A stretch of 63,951 bases of DNA, filler included, from Octopus bimaculoides (taxonomy: Eukaryota), in the NCBI RefSeq assembly GCF_001194135.2. It is 6 parts of 6 records of this genome, joined end to end, with 100 filler letters (N's around TTAATTAATTAA, not from the genome) between each part and the next. Parts side by side here need not be neighbours in the genome. Positions count along the whole stretch, not along the records: positions 1 to 2,139 come from NC_068996.1; positions 2,240 to 5,378 come from NC_068982.1; positions 5,479 to 26,917 come from NC_068983.1; 3 more parts are not named here. One strand, 5' to 3'. Made by a program: the position numbers and the translations under genes. Position 1 is the stretch's first letter; the number at the start of each line of letters is the position of its first letter. This document shows positions 1 to 13,261 of the stretch, piece by piece. The notes beneath the pieces were generated by a model. The model was given only the letters and a program-made list of their open reading frames with translations. It did no database searches and was not told the origin of the DNA.

Positions 1-72
<72 letters not shown>

Positions 73-75
<3 letters not shown>

Positions 76-1254
76 CTAGGAAGGTAAAGTTAGTTGCAAA
101 TAAAGCCAAATTAATTCATTGCTAAGGTGGCAGGTCCAAGTTCCATTTGGGGGAGGGTAATGGTAGGGGAATGGATACATGTGCACTCTATAGTTTAAAT
201 AAAGTTAAGAATCAATAGAACTGGTATTTTATGATTAAAAGAGGATGAGAAATTTCTATTAAGGAGTCATAAATTGATGTATCATATACGTATGGGAGGT
301 GAAATTTTAAACTTAGATATGTTAGTGTAGGTATATTAATGTTGGATCACCTACAAGAGGTCTAGGTGTGTAAGACTATTAAACTAGCTTTAACTGGAAG
401 GTAATATATGCCATCATTTCGTATCGAACTCCATTATTTCTATGGTGAAGATCTCTGAGTACTATTTGTGAGGATGATGCAAAAGGGTCACTAATACTAT
501 TTATATCTAGAGAAGGTAAACATACCTTTCTTCAGGCAAGCATAACCTCTCTCTTCCCTCAAGTTACGTAATATGCCTCTAATATGCAAAATTTCTCATT
601 GATGCACAAATGGCATTTCTTATTTTTTACATTGTACGAAGGAGGCGAGGAATTTCCATTCTTAAATAAATATATCTTTATCTTTAAGCTCCCAAATATA
701 TTTACTTAATCCAGTCGAGTTAATCTTATTTCTGTTTCCGAAAGTGTGTTGGTGCGCGGCTAATCTTCGTTTAATTTCATTTTCGGTAGCTCCTATACGT
801 ATCTTTTTACTAAACTATGTTGTGACTGTGCACTGGTAAATTGCATCTTTTCCTTAACGAGTATTTCAAAGGGAATAATTAGCTTTATTTCTGAAGTCAC
901 ATAGGTTGTGCTGTGGGGGAGAATTATTACTGGTGGGTTGGTGTTAGGTGTATTATGATTGAGAGTGTTATTATGGCTGTGAGCGCTATCACTACTAGGT
1001 TTGGGGTGGTTATGGGGGTTGTTATTGTTATTATTGTTACTTCTATCTAAATAAAAAATGTTTATTTTTTTATTACTTAGGGAGGTAATGATTCTAGCTA
1101 GGTTATTTGTGAGACTGTAACCTATCTTTATTATGTTACTATTAATAATTTCCGAATACCTGCTATTCTTATCAAAGTGTTTATTTATAATTTTGAATAT
1201 AGATTTCGCTAATTCTGTTGTAATTTGCATAGCAATTACGGGAGTATATGCCAA
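73..1254 (-). mobile_element. Degenerate Penelope-like retroelement: post-RT region, GIY-YIG endonuclease and 3' tail
   Basis: ORF 793..1254 has the IINKHF...NIIKIGYS...NLARII block typical of PLE thumb/linker. A shifted frame gives KDAIYQCTVTT*..IGATENEIKRRLAAH..STGLSKYIWELKD, with stops and frameshifts. Confidence 0.82.
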
Positions 1255-1312
1255 TTAATATCTGATGTAAGTCAATTGTTTTTCATCAATATTTCTTCAT
1301 TTCTGTGTACTT

Positions 1313-1366
<54 letters not shown>

Positions 1367-2139
1367 TACACACACATACATACATACGTATACAAATATA
1401 CGGGTGTGTATATATGTAGTGACAGAGGGGAGAGAGATAAATCACACAAATAACACGGATAAATTTCTGAGGTGGAAAGGAGATATAGAAGCAAATAATG
1501 TAATGCATAGAGTCATAGAAGAGAAACACGTGACTAAGAAAGCGTAGAAATATTTAAGGAAAAAGCATCAATCAAAGCAGTGAACAATGAGGATAAATGT
1601 GCCAAAGACAGAAACAAATGAGAATTTAACACAAAATTCTCTTCCCCAAATTCCACTTACAAAAAAACTTGTTTGGTTGTTGATTGGTATCAAATCTATT
1701 ACATATTTGCCTAAATGGTTTTCAATTTGAATTGAAATTGGATTTACTTGTTACAGACACACGTACACATTCATGCATCTATAAATGCATATATATACGA
1801 CAGAAAGAAAGAAACAAAAAAAAAACCACAGACACACACAAAGTCACTTCAATAAATCTGCATACAAATGCTTTCATAACATACATAACTAATCATACCT
1901 AATCGTACATAGACACCTAAATTATCCAAAAGCAAAAAATTTGCAGAAATAAATTTAATGAGATGAATATTTCCCAAGAGCTATGAAGTCGATGCCATAC
2001 AACGTAATTAGATATATTTCCATAAGTTGAATTTCAATGGAGCATATGTTTCTCGTGACACACATTCAGAAAGTATTCCTCGTACAATATTTCGCAGAAT
2101 CACAAAGAAACACACACGCATATATATATATATATATAT

Positions 2140-2239
2140 NNNNNNNNNNNNNNNNNNNNNNNNNNNNNNNNNNNNNNNNNNNNTTAATTAATTAANNNNN
2201 NNNNNNNNNNNNNNNNNNNNNNNNNNNNNNNNNNNNNNN
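2140..2239. other. Artificial spacer N44-TTAATTAATTAA-N44
   Basis: Exactly 100 nt; the 12-mer has stops in all six frames; identical in five places. Confidence 0.95.
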
Positions 2240-3129
2240 CTTGGTATGATAACGCAAGATCGTCGAATATCATCTCGTCAGATAGCCGAGAGACTGGGCA
2301 TCTCAACTGAAAGAGCAGACAGCATTGTGACAAAAGAACTTGGGTTCTCAAAGGTTTCTGCAAGGTGGGTCCCTCGCCTTTTGACTCCTGAATAGAAATG
2401 CACCAGGTGCATTTTGTCCACGAGCAATCTGGAACTGTTTGAAGCTGATGAAGAGAATTTTCTTGCTCGTTTCATTACTATGGACGAAAGTTGGGTTCAT
2501 CACTACCAGCCTGAAACCAAAGAACAATCAGAGCAGTGGAAGCACACATCTTCTCCTACCCCAAAGAAGGCCAGGATCATTCCTTCAGCTGGCAAGGTCA
2601 TTGCGTCAGTTTTTTTGGATTCTCAAGTTGTCTTGCTGATCGATTACCTTGAAAAGGGTCACACCATCACAGGGCTGTATTATTCTCAGCTACTGAAATG
2701 CCTCCGAGACGCAATCAAAGAAAAAAGGCCGGGAATGCTCACCAGAGGAGTCCTTTTTTTTATCACGACAATGCTCCAGCCCACACCTCAGTGGTTGCCA
2801 TGGCAACAATTCATGATTGTGGATACGAACTTGTTCTCCATCCACCTTATTCATCAAACTTAGCCCCCTCTGACTTTCATCTATTCCCAAAAATGAAAAA
2901 AGCCCTGGCTGGTCACCATTTTGCCGGTGACAATGACGTCATAGATGCTGTAGGAAGTTTCTTGGAGTCTCAAACAAAAGAGTTCCTCTACGCCAGGATA
3001 ATGGCGCTTCAGCACCGCTGGAGAAAGTGTTCAACTATCGAGAGGGACTATGTTGAAAAATTAATCATCAGAAGTCTTGTACTATGTTTCGTTTTTTTGA
3101 GGCTCAAGACTTTTCATACACCCCTCATA
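2240..3129 (+). mobile_element. mariner (DD34D-type) transposase pseudogene with right TIR
   Basis: Motifs WVPRLLT, ITMDESWVHHY, HDNAPAH and HPPYSSNLAPSDFHLF; in-frame TAG at 2393 and a frameshift in the poly-T near 2755; ends ...ttttcatacacccctca-TA. The 5' end is cut by the spacer. Confidence 0.93.
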
Positions 3130-3299
3130 TATATATATATATATTCTTCCTATAAGAAGGAAGAATAGAAAATTAGAATTTAGAATGGGAAGTCAATAAA
3201 ATGATTTAAAACCAGATTGAAAATGGGAGAAAAGTGTTCTATGTATAATGGGACTGCAAAGAGGAAATAATCTTGTATTTATACATGTAGTGTTGACAT

Positions 3300-3348
<49 letters not shown>

Positions 3349-3831
3349 CATACATATACATGTGTGTGTATATATATATATATATATATACTCTTTTACT
3401 CTTTTACTTGTTTCAGTCTTTTGACTGTGGCCATGCTGGAGCACCGCCTTTTTAGTCGAGCAAATCGACCCCAGGACTTATTCTTTAGAAGCCTAGTACT
3501 TATTCTATCGGTCTCTTTTTGCCGAACCGCTAAGTTACGGGGACATAAACACACCAGCATCGGTTGTCAAGCGATGTTGGGGGGACAAACACAGACACAC
3601 AAACACATACATACTCACATACATATATNNNNNNNNNNNNNNNNNNNNNNNNNNNNNNNNNNNNNNNNNNNNNNNNNNNNNNNNNNNNNNNNNNNNNNNN
3701 NNNNNNNNNNNNNNNNNNNNNNNNNNNNNNNNNNNNNNNNNNNNNNNNNNNNNNNNNNNNNNNNNNNNNNNNNNNNNNNNNNNNNNNNNNNNNNNNNNNN
3801 NNNNNNNNNNNNNNNNNNNNNNNGTTGACAT

Positions 3832-3880
<49 letters not shown>

Positions 3881-3886
3881 CATACA

Positions 3887-5060
3887 TATACATGTACACT
3901 ACCCCTACCGATGTATCTTTTTACATTGGATCTTCCTCCTCGCCGATTTCCAGAAGAATCTCAAATCATTATTCTACATTTAGGGATAGAAATAAACGCA
4001 ACACCACGGGTCTTAGCAAATTAATTTGGGAACTTAAAGATAACAACATACAATTTAATTTAGACTGGTTAATTTTCTCTACATCAATACCATACGATAA
4101 AGGTAAGAAAGTTTGCCCGTTATGTAATACGGAACTGTTCTTCATTTTATTCTCGAAGAATAAACTGGTAAATACGTTTATTGAAAGAGCATATAAATGT
4201 AAACATTAGCAAACACATACATTTTGTTCATATAAATAACCCCTACAAATTTATATAACTGATACAACTTACCTATTTATCTATTAGTTATTCACATACT
4301 TAAGCGATACAAGTTAATTATACCTTTATATGTTATCTGAACACTTTCTATCTTTTGAATCCAAATTAGGACATCCAGCACGTCTATATAACATGTATTT
4401 AAACATCACTTTCAATTTAACTTAACATAAACATTACTTTCAACTATGTTCAATACGTTGTGCTCCCATAACTTTATACCTTTGATTTCATTGCTCCTTC
4501 TTACTTCCATCTACCTAGTTGCCTTTACTTTCTTCGGCAAAAATAGGGGTAATTTATCCTGCTTAGACTATATTATTGGCATTATTCTGCGTCTGAGAAT
4601 TTTAAATGTCTTCTTTAACTTTCTGAGACATATCAAAAACTTCTGAAAGCAATCTTAGTTTGTTTGTTTACGTTTATCGTAAGATGAATTCAAAACATAT
4701 AAATATTTTCTTCTCCCTACTTTATTACTTATAAAATACTGCTCTACACAAAATAGATCCCTTCACTTTATTTTATTCATTGGTAAATCCTTGTATCAAC
4801 ACCTATAGAGCGTGGATATCGAAGTAAACCTTGGTAATAATATTAACTTAGTTTAAACAAGTAATTTTTACTCCATTAATCCCTTATTTTTCCCCCTCTA
4901 ATTTCCATTTCACTTAACAACACACTCTCTCTCTTTAGATCGATAGAGCATTCATCACCTTTATATATTGTCATACACTTGATCTCTTACTAGTTCATAC
5001 AAGCATCATTTTCTTATATATATAACATTGCCATTACCTTTATTACCATACGTTTATCGT
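3887..5060 (+). mobile_element. 5'-truncated Penelope-like element: GIY-YIG endonuclease ORF plus AT-rich 3' region
   Basis: ORF 3892..4209: FYIGSS..RRISNH..TTGLSKLIWELKD..CPLCNTE..CKH. The 3' boundary is approximate. Confidence 0.85.
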
Positions 5061-5378
5061 GTGTGTGTGTGTACATGTATATATATATATATATACAAAT
5101 AAAAGGGTAAAGGATTATCAATTTATTAGTTTATTAATAAATTAATAATCAATAATTTTTACCAAGCCCTTCGGTATGTAAACACCATTATCGGTGAAGA
5201 ACTTATTTAAAAGTTCTTATACATTTATAAACATAATTAAGGGATCAGCAACAGTTGTTTCACCACAGATAGCAAGTACTGCTATCTGTTGGAGTTTCAG
5301 CACTTTAGCTGCTATTTCTGAACTTCGGTATGTAGTGAAGCAACTGTTGCTGATCCCTTAATTATGTTTATATATATA

Positions 5379-5478
5379 NNNNNNNNNNNNNNNNNNNNNN
5401 NNNNNNNNNNNNNNNNNNNNNNTTAATTAATTAANNNNNNNNNNNNNNNNNNNNNNNNNNNNNNNNNNNNNNNNNNNN
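5379..5478. other. Artificial spacer N44-TTAATTAATTAA-N44
   Basis: Same structure as 2140-2239. Confidence 0.95.
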
Positions 5479-5545
<67 letters not shown>

Positions 5546-6070
5546 CACACATATATATATATACATACACACATATAAAACAGTCAACTGATGAAATGCA
5601 ATACAGGTTTGTTGCACTACAGAATTCATTTGCAAACATGATGTTTCAACTCTGTAGAGTTGAAAAGAGAAGGCAATACTTCAAGCTTTTCCCAATGGAA
5701 TTATATAAAAAATAATATGAGAGTGGGGTGGAGGCCAACGCAGATGTGAAATTCATCATCAGCATCTTTCAACTTAAAAATATAAATAAAAACAAATTAA
5801 TATTGGAGAATTGTTATTTCATTAATATTACATATAATACTAAGGCAGCAAACTGCAGAATTGTTAGCACACCAGGAAAATTGCTTAGTGGCATTTCATC
5901 CATCTTTACATTCTGAGTTCAAATTCTGCCAAGGACAACTTTGCTTTTCAGACTTCTGGGGTTGATGTAATCAACTTATCCCCTCCCATGAAACTGCTGA
6001 CCTTGTACCAAAATTTGAAATCTATATTACATATAATATGAAATGGTAATTAAAGTAATAAGTAGCAGTT

Positions 6071-6274
6071 TTAACCCTTTTGGTACCAACCCATTTCAAA
6101 ACTGCCCTTGGTTCTGTAATACAAATTTCCCATTTAAAAAAGTGATCTAAATTAAAATCTTCATCCAATATACCAGTTTAAAAATGACAGTTATTTCACT
6201 AAATTCATTATTTTCAAAATCAATTGAAATAAGCAAAATGTATTTCAATGAAAATATAGTAGCAAAAGGGTTAA
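6071..6274. mobile_element. piggyBac-type MITE (TTAA TSD, CCCTTTTG...CAAAAGGG ends)
   Basis: TTAA-CCCTTTTG at 6071 and CAAAAGGG-TTAA ending at 6274; a second copy of the family lies at 20648-20936. Confidence 0.8.
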
Positions 6275-6378
6275 ATGTGAAAAGTTACAAAAAGCAGACT
6301 GCTACAGAATTTAAAAAGCAAAAACAATAGAATAAAAAGCAAAAAAATAAAAGAAGACACACAAACGCCAGTACTTAC

Positions 6379-6509
6379 CGCATATCAAGGCATCCCTTAG
6401 CAAGTGAAAACAATGATGTGTCTGTGAGTAGACAGCAATTGGACACACAAAGAACTTGTAACTGATGGCAATTTTGACTTATCTGTTGAATACCTTCATC
6501 AGTTATGTG
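6379..6509 (-). CDS. FBXL20: FBXL20-like exon (131 nt): HITDEGIQQISQNCHQLQVLCVSNCCLLTDTSLFSLAKGCLDM(R)
   Basis: ttgcag| ... |gtaagt; matches QITDEGLITICRGCHKLQSLCASGC. No further downstream exons were found before the spacer at 5379-5478. Confidence 0.93.
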
Positions 6510-7553
6510 CTGCAATTAATAAAGGAAAGTTAATGAAGGGTGGAAACAATGGCCAATAGATTCTATTCAGAGTAACAATTATAACCAGATAATAAATGAT
6601 TGCAATAAACAATAAACTGAAGTAAAATTATAATATACGAAATTAACAATAAACTAAGATGTAAGAGATATCAATATGAAACGAGTGGCAAAAAAATAAA
6701 AACAACAGTAATAACCAAGCTAATAAGGGAGGCCTCTAAATAGCTGTAACTCAAATCGTTAGAAATAGCAGCCAAATCTCTTCTGAGATTCTTAAAAAAA
6801 GAAGGATACACAAAATGATGTTGTCCTCAAAATATTATTTGAATAAGATGGAGTAATCATGACAGCAATGTCTTATGGGTCCACTTAGAGTCAACCTGGG
6901 GCTATAGTAGAAAATACTTGTCCGAGGTAATATACAGTGAGACAGATCATGTGGCTGAGAAGTGAATTTCTTCACCACACAGCCATCTGCATTCAAAAAC
7001 CTATGATATAAGAAAAAATCTCTGGCTTGAAAATGAGGTATATGCTGACAGGAAGAACACCTGGTCATAAAATTCTGTCTCAAATGACTCCATACAACCC
7101 ATGCTAGCATGGAAAAACAAGCACTAAATGAATGAATATGGCCAAATGGAACTACTGACTTTCTGACTAAAATATTTGCATACTACAGTCAAGCATCGGG
7201 CACCTTTTGAGTGTTGGGCCTCAAGGAGGCAATGACAAATAACTGAGACCATTGGTAGTATGCTGTGTTGAGAAGAAGACCCATCAAGTCAAGTGAAACC
7301 ACAGTCATGGCAGATACTGGTGTCACGCAACTGGTACCCATGCCGATGGCATGTAAAAGTACCCACTACATTTTCAGAATGGTTGGCATTAGGAAGGGCA
7401 TCCAACTGTAGAAACCATGCCAAATCAGACTGGACTCTGATGCAGTCCCTCAGGTTACCAGCTTTGGCAACCTATGCCAGTATGGGCAACGGATGTTAAA
7501 ACATGATCATGATGATGATGACTAGAAGACTAAATGAACAAGAGAATACTTAC

Positions 7554-7628
7554 TGAGCAGCTGTTAAGGTTCAGAGTTAGTAGGTTGCTGCAGCTCATGG
7601 CCAGTGGAGCTATGCCATCATTAGTAAT
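7554..7628 (-). CDS. FBXL20: FBXL20-like exon (75 nt): ITNDGIAPLAMSCSNLLTLNLNSCS
   Basis: ttaacag| ... |gtaagt; phase 0 to 0; LRR unit. Confidence 0.92.
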
Positions 7629-8543
7629 CTGTTAAAATAAAATAAAAATTCAATATGTTTTTCTTAAATCACTCTCTACTGTTTTGAAAAAATAAAGAGA
7701 CATGTACCCAAGATAATGTAATCCTGAATTCATATTTTAAACAAAGATGGGATAATCAATACCTGAATATGTTTCATCATTATCATAAATTTGCATAATC
7801 AGAGCTAAACAAGAACAAGGCTTCTGATTCTAATATTATATTACCAGTGCAGCACTAGTACTATAACAAATTCTGAAATCCTAAGTAACTATTATAGACA
7901 TGCTAGGAAGTGTGGGATCCAATTAGAGAATTATCAGTGGGGCCCTCTACTCTACAAAAGCTGAAGATTGAGGTCCTACGCTTTGTGTTGTATGCCCATC
8001 CCAGCCAAAAAGCATTAATCAGATATACTAAAAATTCATCATAGTGTTCTCTGTTTGAGCACAGGTGTGAGATCCCTCTTTTGGTGTGAGGCCCAATTTG
8101 AACAAATCTAATTGGCTTAAAACTGACTTTGTGTATAACTAAGAAGAATAACTTGAATACTGAGTTCAAATCCTCCTAAAGTCATGGCATAAGCACTGAG
8201 TGCTATATTTTCCAGCATGTGAGCCAATATAGTATATAGTAAAAACATGTAGTATAAATATTTCAACATTGTCACTATCTTTCCAAATCCTGCAGCATTC
8301 TATATGGAATTTTTGGTTCTACAAAGTCATTTTGATATATAAGTTGACCTATTCTTTTTGGTTGCAAATTTTGGTCTGAAAAAATTAGACTTGCATGCTG
8401 AAAAATATGGTAACTATTTGAGTGTATACATTATGAGCAATTGTAAAATTGGTAGGATTACTTGAAACTCAACCAATAATATGTGGTTGAAAAACATAAA
8501 AAAAGGGAAAAAAGTAGACTGTAAACATAAAAACACTACTCAC

Positions 8544-8670
8544 TTGATGACATCCTTTGGAATAGAAAGATTTTATTTTCGGGCAGCCTTTGGCCAAAGC
8601 ATCTACCCCATCATTGGTCACTTGACTTGACCATGATATGTTGAGATATTCAAGATTTGGACAACCCTCA
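8544..8670 (-). CDS. FBXL20: FBXL20-like exon (127 nt): EGCPNLEYLNISWSSQVTNDGVDALAKGCPKIKSFYSKGCHQ
   Basis: Lies within ORF 8469..8708; ttcag| ... |gtgagt; matches EGCPLLEQLNISWCDQVTKDG. Confidence 0.95.
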
Positions 8671-9498
8671 CTGAAATAATTGAAAGTATATTGAATGAAA
8701 TTCATCAAAATGTTACATCCTCCAAAATACTGAAATTTGGAGGATCAGTTAATATATTTCAAACAAAATTTATAATAAACAATTTATTTATAATATCCAA
8801 ATTTATTCTTCAAGTGAAATAGTTCATCTCAAATAGTAAAGTCTTACATATGTGATTTATTGAGCTGAAAACCTTTGATTAGTTGAGATTATCTATGGAA
8901 TTATTAAATGAAATGTTCTCCAGAGAGAATTCAAAACAATTTGGAAATATAAAAACAATGTAGATGACTGAGAATTTTAAAAATTGTATCATTTATTTTC
9001 CCCTACTTTGTTAATACCCAAAGTCTCCATAAGCTAGTTACAACCATTCCCTGGTATATCTTTTATGATCCAAACTATCATCCCAAGTACTTTATAATTT
9101 TTAGTACTAGGTTTACATCATATGAGTTTTTCTCCCTTGCAAGTAACAAGAAATGTTTCAATTTCACAGCTGTTTCGCTCATATGCACTGATAGGTATAT
9201 ATGATTATATGAAGCATCAAACAAATATTCCTGCAATTAGAATTTTTACAGCTTTCCTTCCATTATCACCAAAGAGTTACCAAAATTCTAACACAGAAGT
9301 GTCATTATTCTTGGATTGTGCCATACTGGATTTGTAACAGGAAACTTCTCTTACCCAGCATAGTTTATGATTTTATCCACCAAACAACAGCTGCTGACCA
9401 ATGATTATTGCATTCCGGTCATGACCACCTTGTATGTATATAGGACCTCAATATCCAATCTCTTTTCCCATTCTTTTTTGAAGACAGTAGATTTGAGG

Positions 9499-9536
<38 letters not shown>

Positions 9537-10128
9537 GATTAGGCTGCTATTTCTAGCTGGTGAAGCAGCCACACACAGGATTATTCACAGGCCTTCCACT
9601 GCTGCATGTACAGCAGCTTAATGGATAAGAACATTGCTACTCTTAACTCAGGAAAAAATGAAAAAGTCCCTAGTTGGAATTCAGTCTGAGACAATGCACA
9701 AATCCAAGAATAAGACACCAAATGACAACTGAAAATCAAAACATAGTGTAGATATCAGTAAATAAACTACCAGTGCAATAACAGTGTTGTGACCAGATGT
9801 TATACTACATTACAAATATATCTGTGAATTTGTCATCAACACTGTATGTATACATAGATGTAAGCACTTTGCTTGTCTTACAATATCTTTGTGAGCATAA
9901 AAACAGAAATCAACCAGCTTCATTCCTGTATTGCAATTTCATCAACTCAGGTACTGAATTTTTTATTTTTTTTAGTTTAATGCTCATGAAGATATGCCTT
10001 ATAAATTTATTTCTAAAAGCTTAAATAAATAGGATAACTACTTTGCATATACAATGCTTATTTGGCACACAGTTCAATTAATAAATAAAAATTTATTGGA
10101 AAATTTTTTATATCTATATGTACACACA

Positions 10129-10290
10129 CACATAGCCATGGCCAAAAGTTTGGAACATAGGTCTGAAAATTAGAATTTTATATATTAAATGCCCAAATAT
10201 ATATGTTGTATATGTTTGAATTGAATTATACTTGGGCATAATAATTTTAATTTCTTAAAAAATGTTCCAAATTTTTTACCATGACGATAT
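10129..10290. mobile_element. Tc1-like MITE
   Basis: gccatggccaaaagtttggaaca ... tgttccaaattttttaccatgac, an imperfect TIR pair of about 25 bp. Confidence 0.55.
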
Positions 10291-10353
10291 ACTGAGGGAA
10301 GAGACAGAAAGAGAATCCATAAAATTTTAATTTGAAATATTCCTTGTATTTAC

Positions 10354-10449
10354 CTCAAAAATTTCAAAGAATTGTTTGAAATTTCTGTACACGAGGACAA
10401 ATTTAATCGAGATAACTTCACACAATATTTCCCTAAACTCTGACAAGTT
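10354..10449 (-). CDS. FBXL20: FBXL20-like exon (96 nt): TCQSLGKYCVKLSRLNLSSCTEISNNSLKFL(S)
   Basis: ttttccag| ... |gtaaat; in frame with both neighbours; cysteine-containing LRR. Confidence 0.93.
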
Positions 10450-11412
10450 CTGGAAAAGAAGAAATATATAGAAAGAAATTAGGATTTTTTTTTTTCTTTA
10501 AACTTTATCAATTAATCAAAAGGAAATAGAACAGTGCCCAGATAGTCAAATAAAAATTTTTTTTTTTTAAATTCCTGTTTACAATGTATAGCTTTCAGAA
10601 GATACTACAGGCATATCACAAATAATACCATTATTATCAAAATAAACACGAAAATCTATTTAAATAGGAACTATAATGAATTTCACTTTTCAATCCCACT
10701 ACTCTAAAGGAAAATATAGAATCAAAATCTTTGATAAACATAAAATGTTTGTGTTTCATTCATAGAGAGATGAGCATGAAACTAAAGCCAGTAAGTTTGA
10801 AGTTTAAAAAGTACATAGTGCAATAGTGCTTTAAATGTAAATCAATTTAAATAGCTGTAAAGCTGCTTTTGTTTTTTTCTTTTACAATTAACAAATATAT
10901 AAAATAGTAAGAACATATACACCTCATATAAATAGCTGAATTCTTTGCTTTTAGGGAGTTTGAGGAGAGACAGAATCTGTGGACTGAGGGGATAGGAATA
11001 AGTGGATAAGGTTTGTAAGCAACAAATACATAAGTACACACAAATATACATACAATCAATACAGAATTGAGACTGCATGGTTACACTTTCATCCGCCTGC
11101 ACAGTATCTTATGCAAGCAGCTTCTAGCAAAATCTGTGTCCTTCCATTTGCTAAGATGTTGGGGCCTGATTTTTGAAAATGACTTGGCTCACACAAACAA
11201 ACATTATTGGTGCATGCATACACAGGTAAACAATTAGATGTGTGTGCATGTACATGAAATAGTGGTGGGATTATGTGTATATGTGCATGTATTTGTGTAT
11301 GTATGCACCAACAGCAGATGACTTTCTCTCTCTCTCTCTCTCATTATATACCTGATTCGCACAAGTGTCTCAGCACAATTCACTGTCATAAAGACTGGAC
11401 ATTTCTTTATGA

Positions 11413-11444
<32 letters not shown>

Positions 11445-13038
11445 TCTCTCTCTCTATATATATATATATATGCAGTAATATCCGTGTTCCTAACTTCCTT
11501 TGAAAATATGTGTAACAGTATGTTCTGGCTACAAAGTTTTCCCAATAACTGAATTCTAAATTTCTTCATAAAATATGTGTACCAGTATCCTGGATAAAGG
11601 AATTTTCCCAACTGTCTATACATTAACAATTGTGTTCTTAACTCCTTTCGTAGAAGATATGAGCTGGTATGTCTGGAATATGGGTGTTACAAACTATATA
11701 ATAACAAGTGCTTCTTAAAATAATTTTATTATTGAAACAGAGATTGGTACGTGACAGTAGATAATGGTCATAGAGCACAACAGCAAGAACTGAATTGAGA
11801 GCAGCAGAGAAGATGCAGGGTAAGATTGAAGAAATAAGAATTAAGAATAAAGGGAGGAGAATCACAATGAGAAGTGCTAACTCAAAAGGAAAGAAATGAA
11901 ATTATTGCAAGAAACAGAGTTAGAATGTGTTATATAATGAATGATGAGGCTAAAGCTAAGGGGGAAAGATTAAGAAATGTCAATCAAGAATGAACCTTCA
12001 TGGTAGGCAAGAATATTTTGCACAAGCCAGGATGTGAAAACAGGCAAAAAGAGAATAGACAAAATTTCTTAAAGATTAATAAAAAGAAGAAGACGGAAAT
12101 GGCAGTATATTATTACCAAATAGGAGGAGGTTTGTGGTTAACACTGTACCACAAAAACGAACTGTAGAATTTCCACGGGAACTACTTACATTTTAAGGCC
12201 CTTCAACACCAGTTTGGTTAGCCAACCAGGGGAAACAACTCCCAACCAACAATATTAATACAATAGAGTTATGTCCCTTACATATAAAACTGTGCATTAC
12301 GGGAAACTCACTAAAAATACAGGAAGCAAATGAGTGCTTAGCATTGGCAAGAAGTGGAACATATTAAAGGACTATATTGTATCACCATCTGTATCGTATC
12401 ATCATCTTCATTTTGACGCTCACTTTTCTTTGATCCAATAAGCTGGGCAGAATATGTTGGTACAGACTTCTACAGCTGGATACCCTACCTGTCACCAACC
12501 CTCACCAGTTTCCAAGTTAGGTAACATTTCTTCAAAGCTAGACATGTTTTCATAGAAGACTGGTAACACAAGATACCATTTTGCATGGTGGTAGTGATGG
12601 CGCTTGTTCACAGCTATCATGCAATGTCAAGACAAAAAAAACAAACACATACGCACACATCTATATATACATGTGTGTGCACACATGCACACACACTCAC
12701 ACACACACAATGGGGTTCTTTCAGCCCAGGATAATAGAAGACACTTGCCAAATAGTTCCACTGCCTGACTAAAGCTAAACACTAACAGACCTCCATTAAC
12801 AACACACCCTGTTCCCAACCTACAACTGTCAAGCATCTACTTTCCTCCTTTCCTTCTCGTACAACTACTTTTTCTGTCTACCTACACCGCACCTAATTTT
12901 CTTCCACTTTATCCCCATCTCCCAAAGTAAACCATAATCTGATGGCAGCTACTTAGCTGAAATTTAGAAGTCACTGTCAATTTTTTCCTCAAAAAATTAT
13001 TATGAACCCAACTAAAAAGAAGTGAGTGATCATTCAGT

Positions 13039-13261
13039 TTAACTCTTTAGCATTTAAACAGGCCATATCTGGCTTGAATATTCTACTTGTTTTATGCTAA
13101 AACTAACCAGATCAGGCCCCTCACACCTACCCTGCAATGTCATTCTAAAAATAAACAATCATATTTTCGAAATATCAAAGCTACAATACAGGATTAATTT
13201 TATAAAATGTGAATAAATAAATATTACATTTGACAGAGTAATCTTATTATTAAAGAGCTAA
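13039..13261. mobile_element. TTAA-flanked MITE of a second family (ttaactctttagc...taaagagctaa)
   Basis: Imperfect TIRs; a reverse-oriented partial copy lies at about 45783-45955. Confidence 0.6.

Noticed and set aside
73-5060. Two PLE endonuclease copies in opposite orientation as one inverted structure
   Set aside because: They are separated by an artificial spacer and are clearly diverged families.
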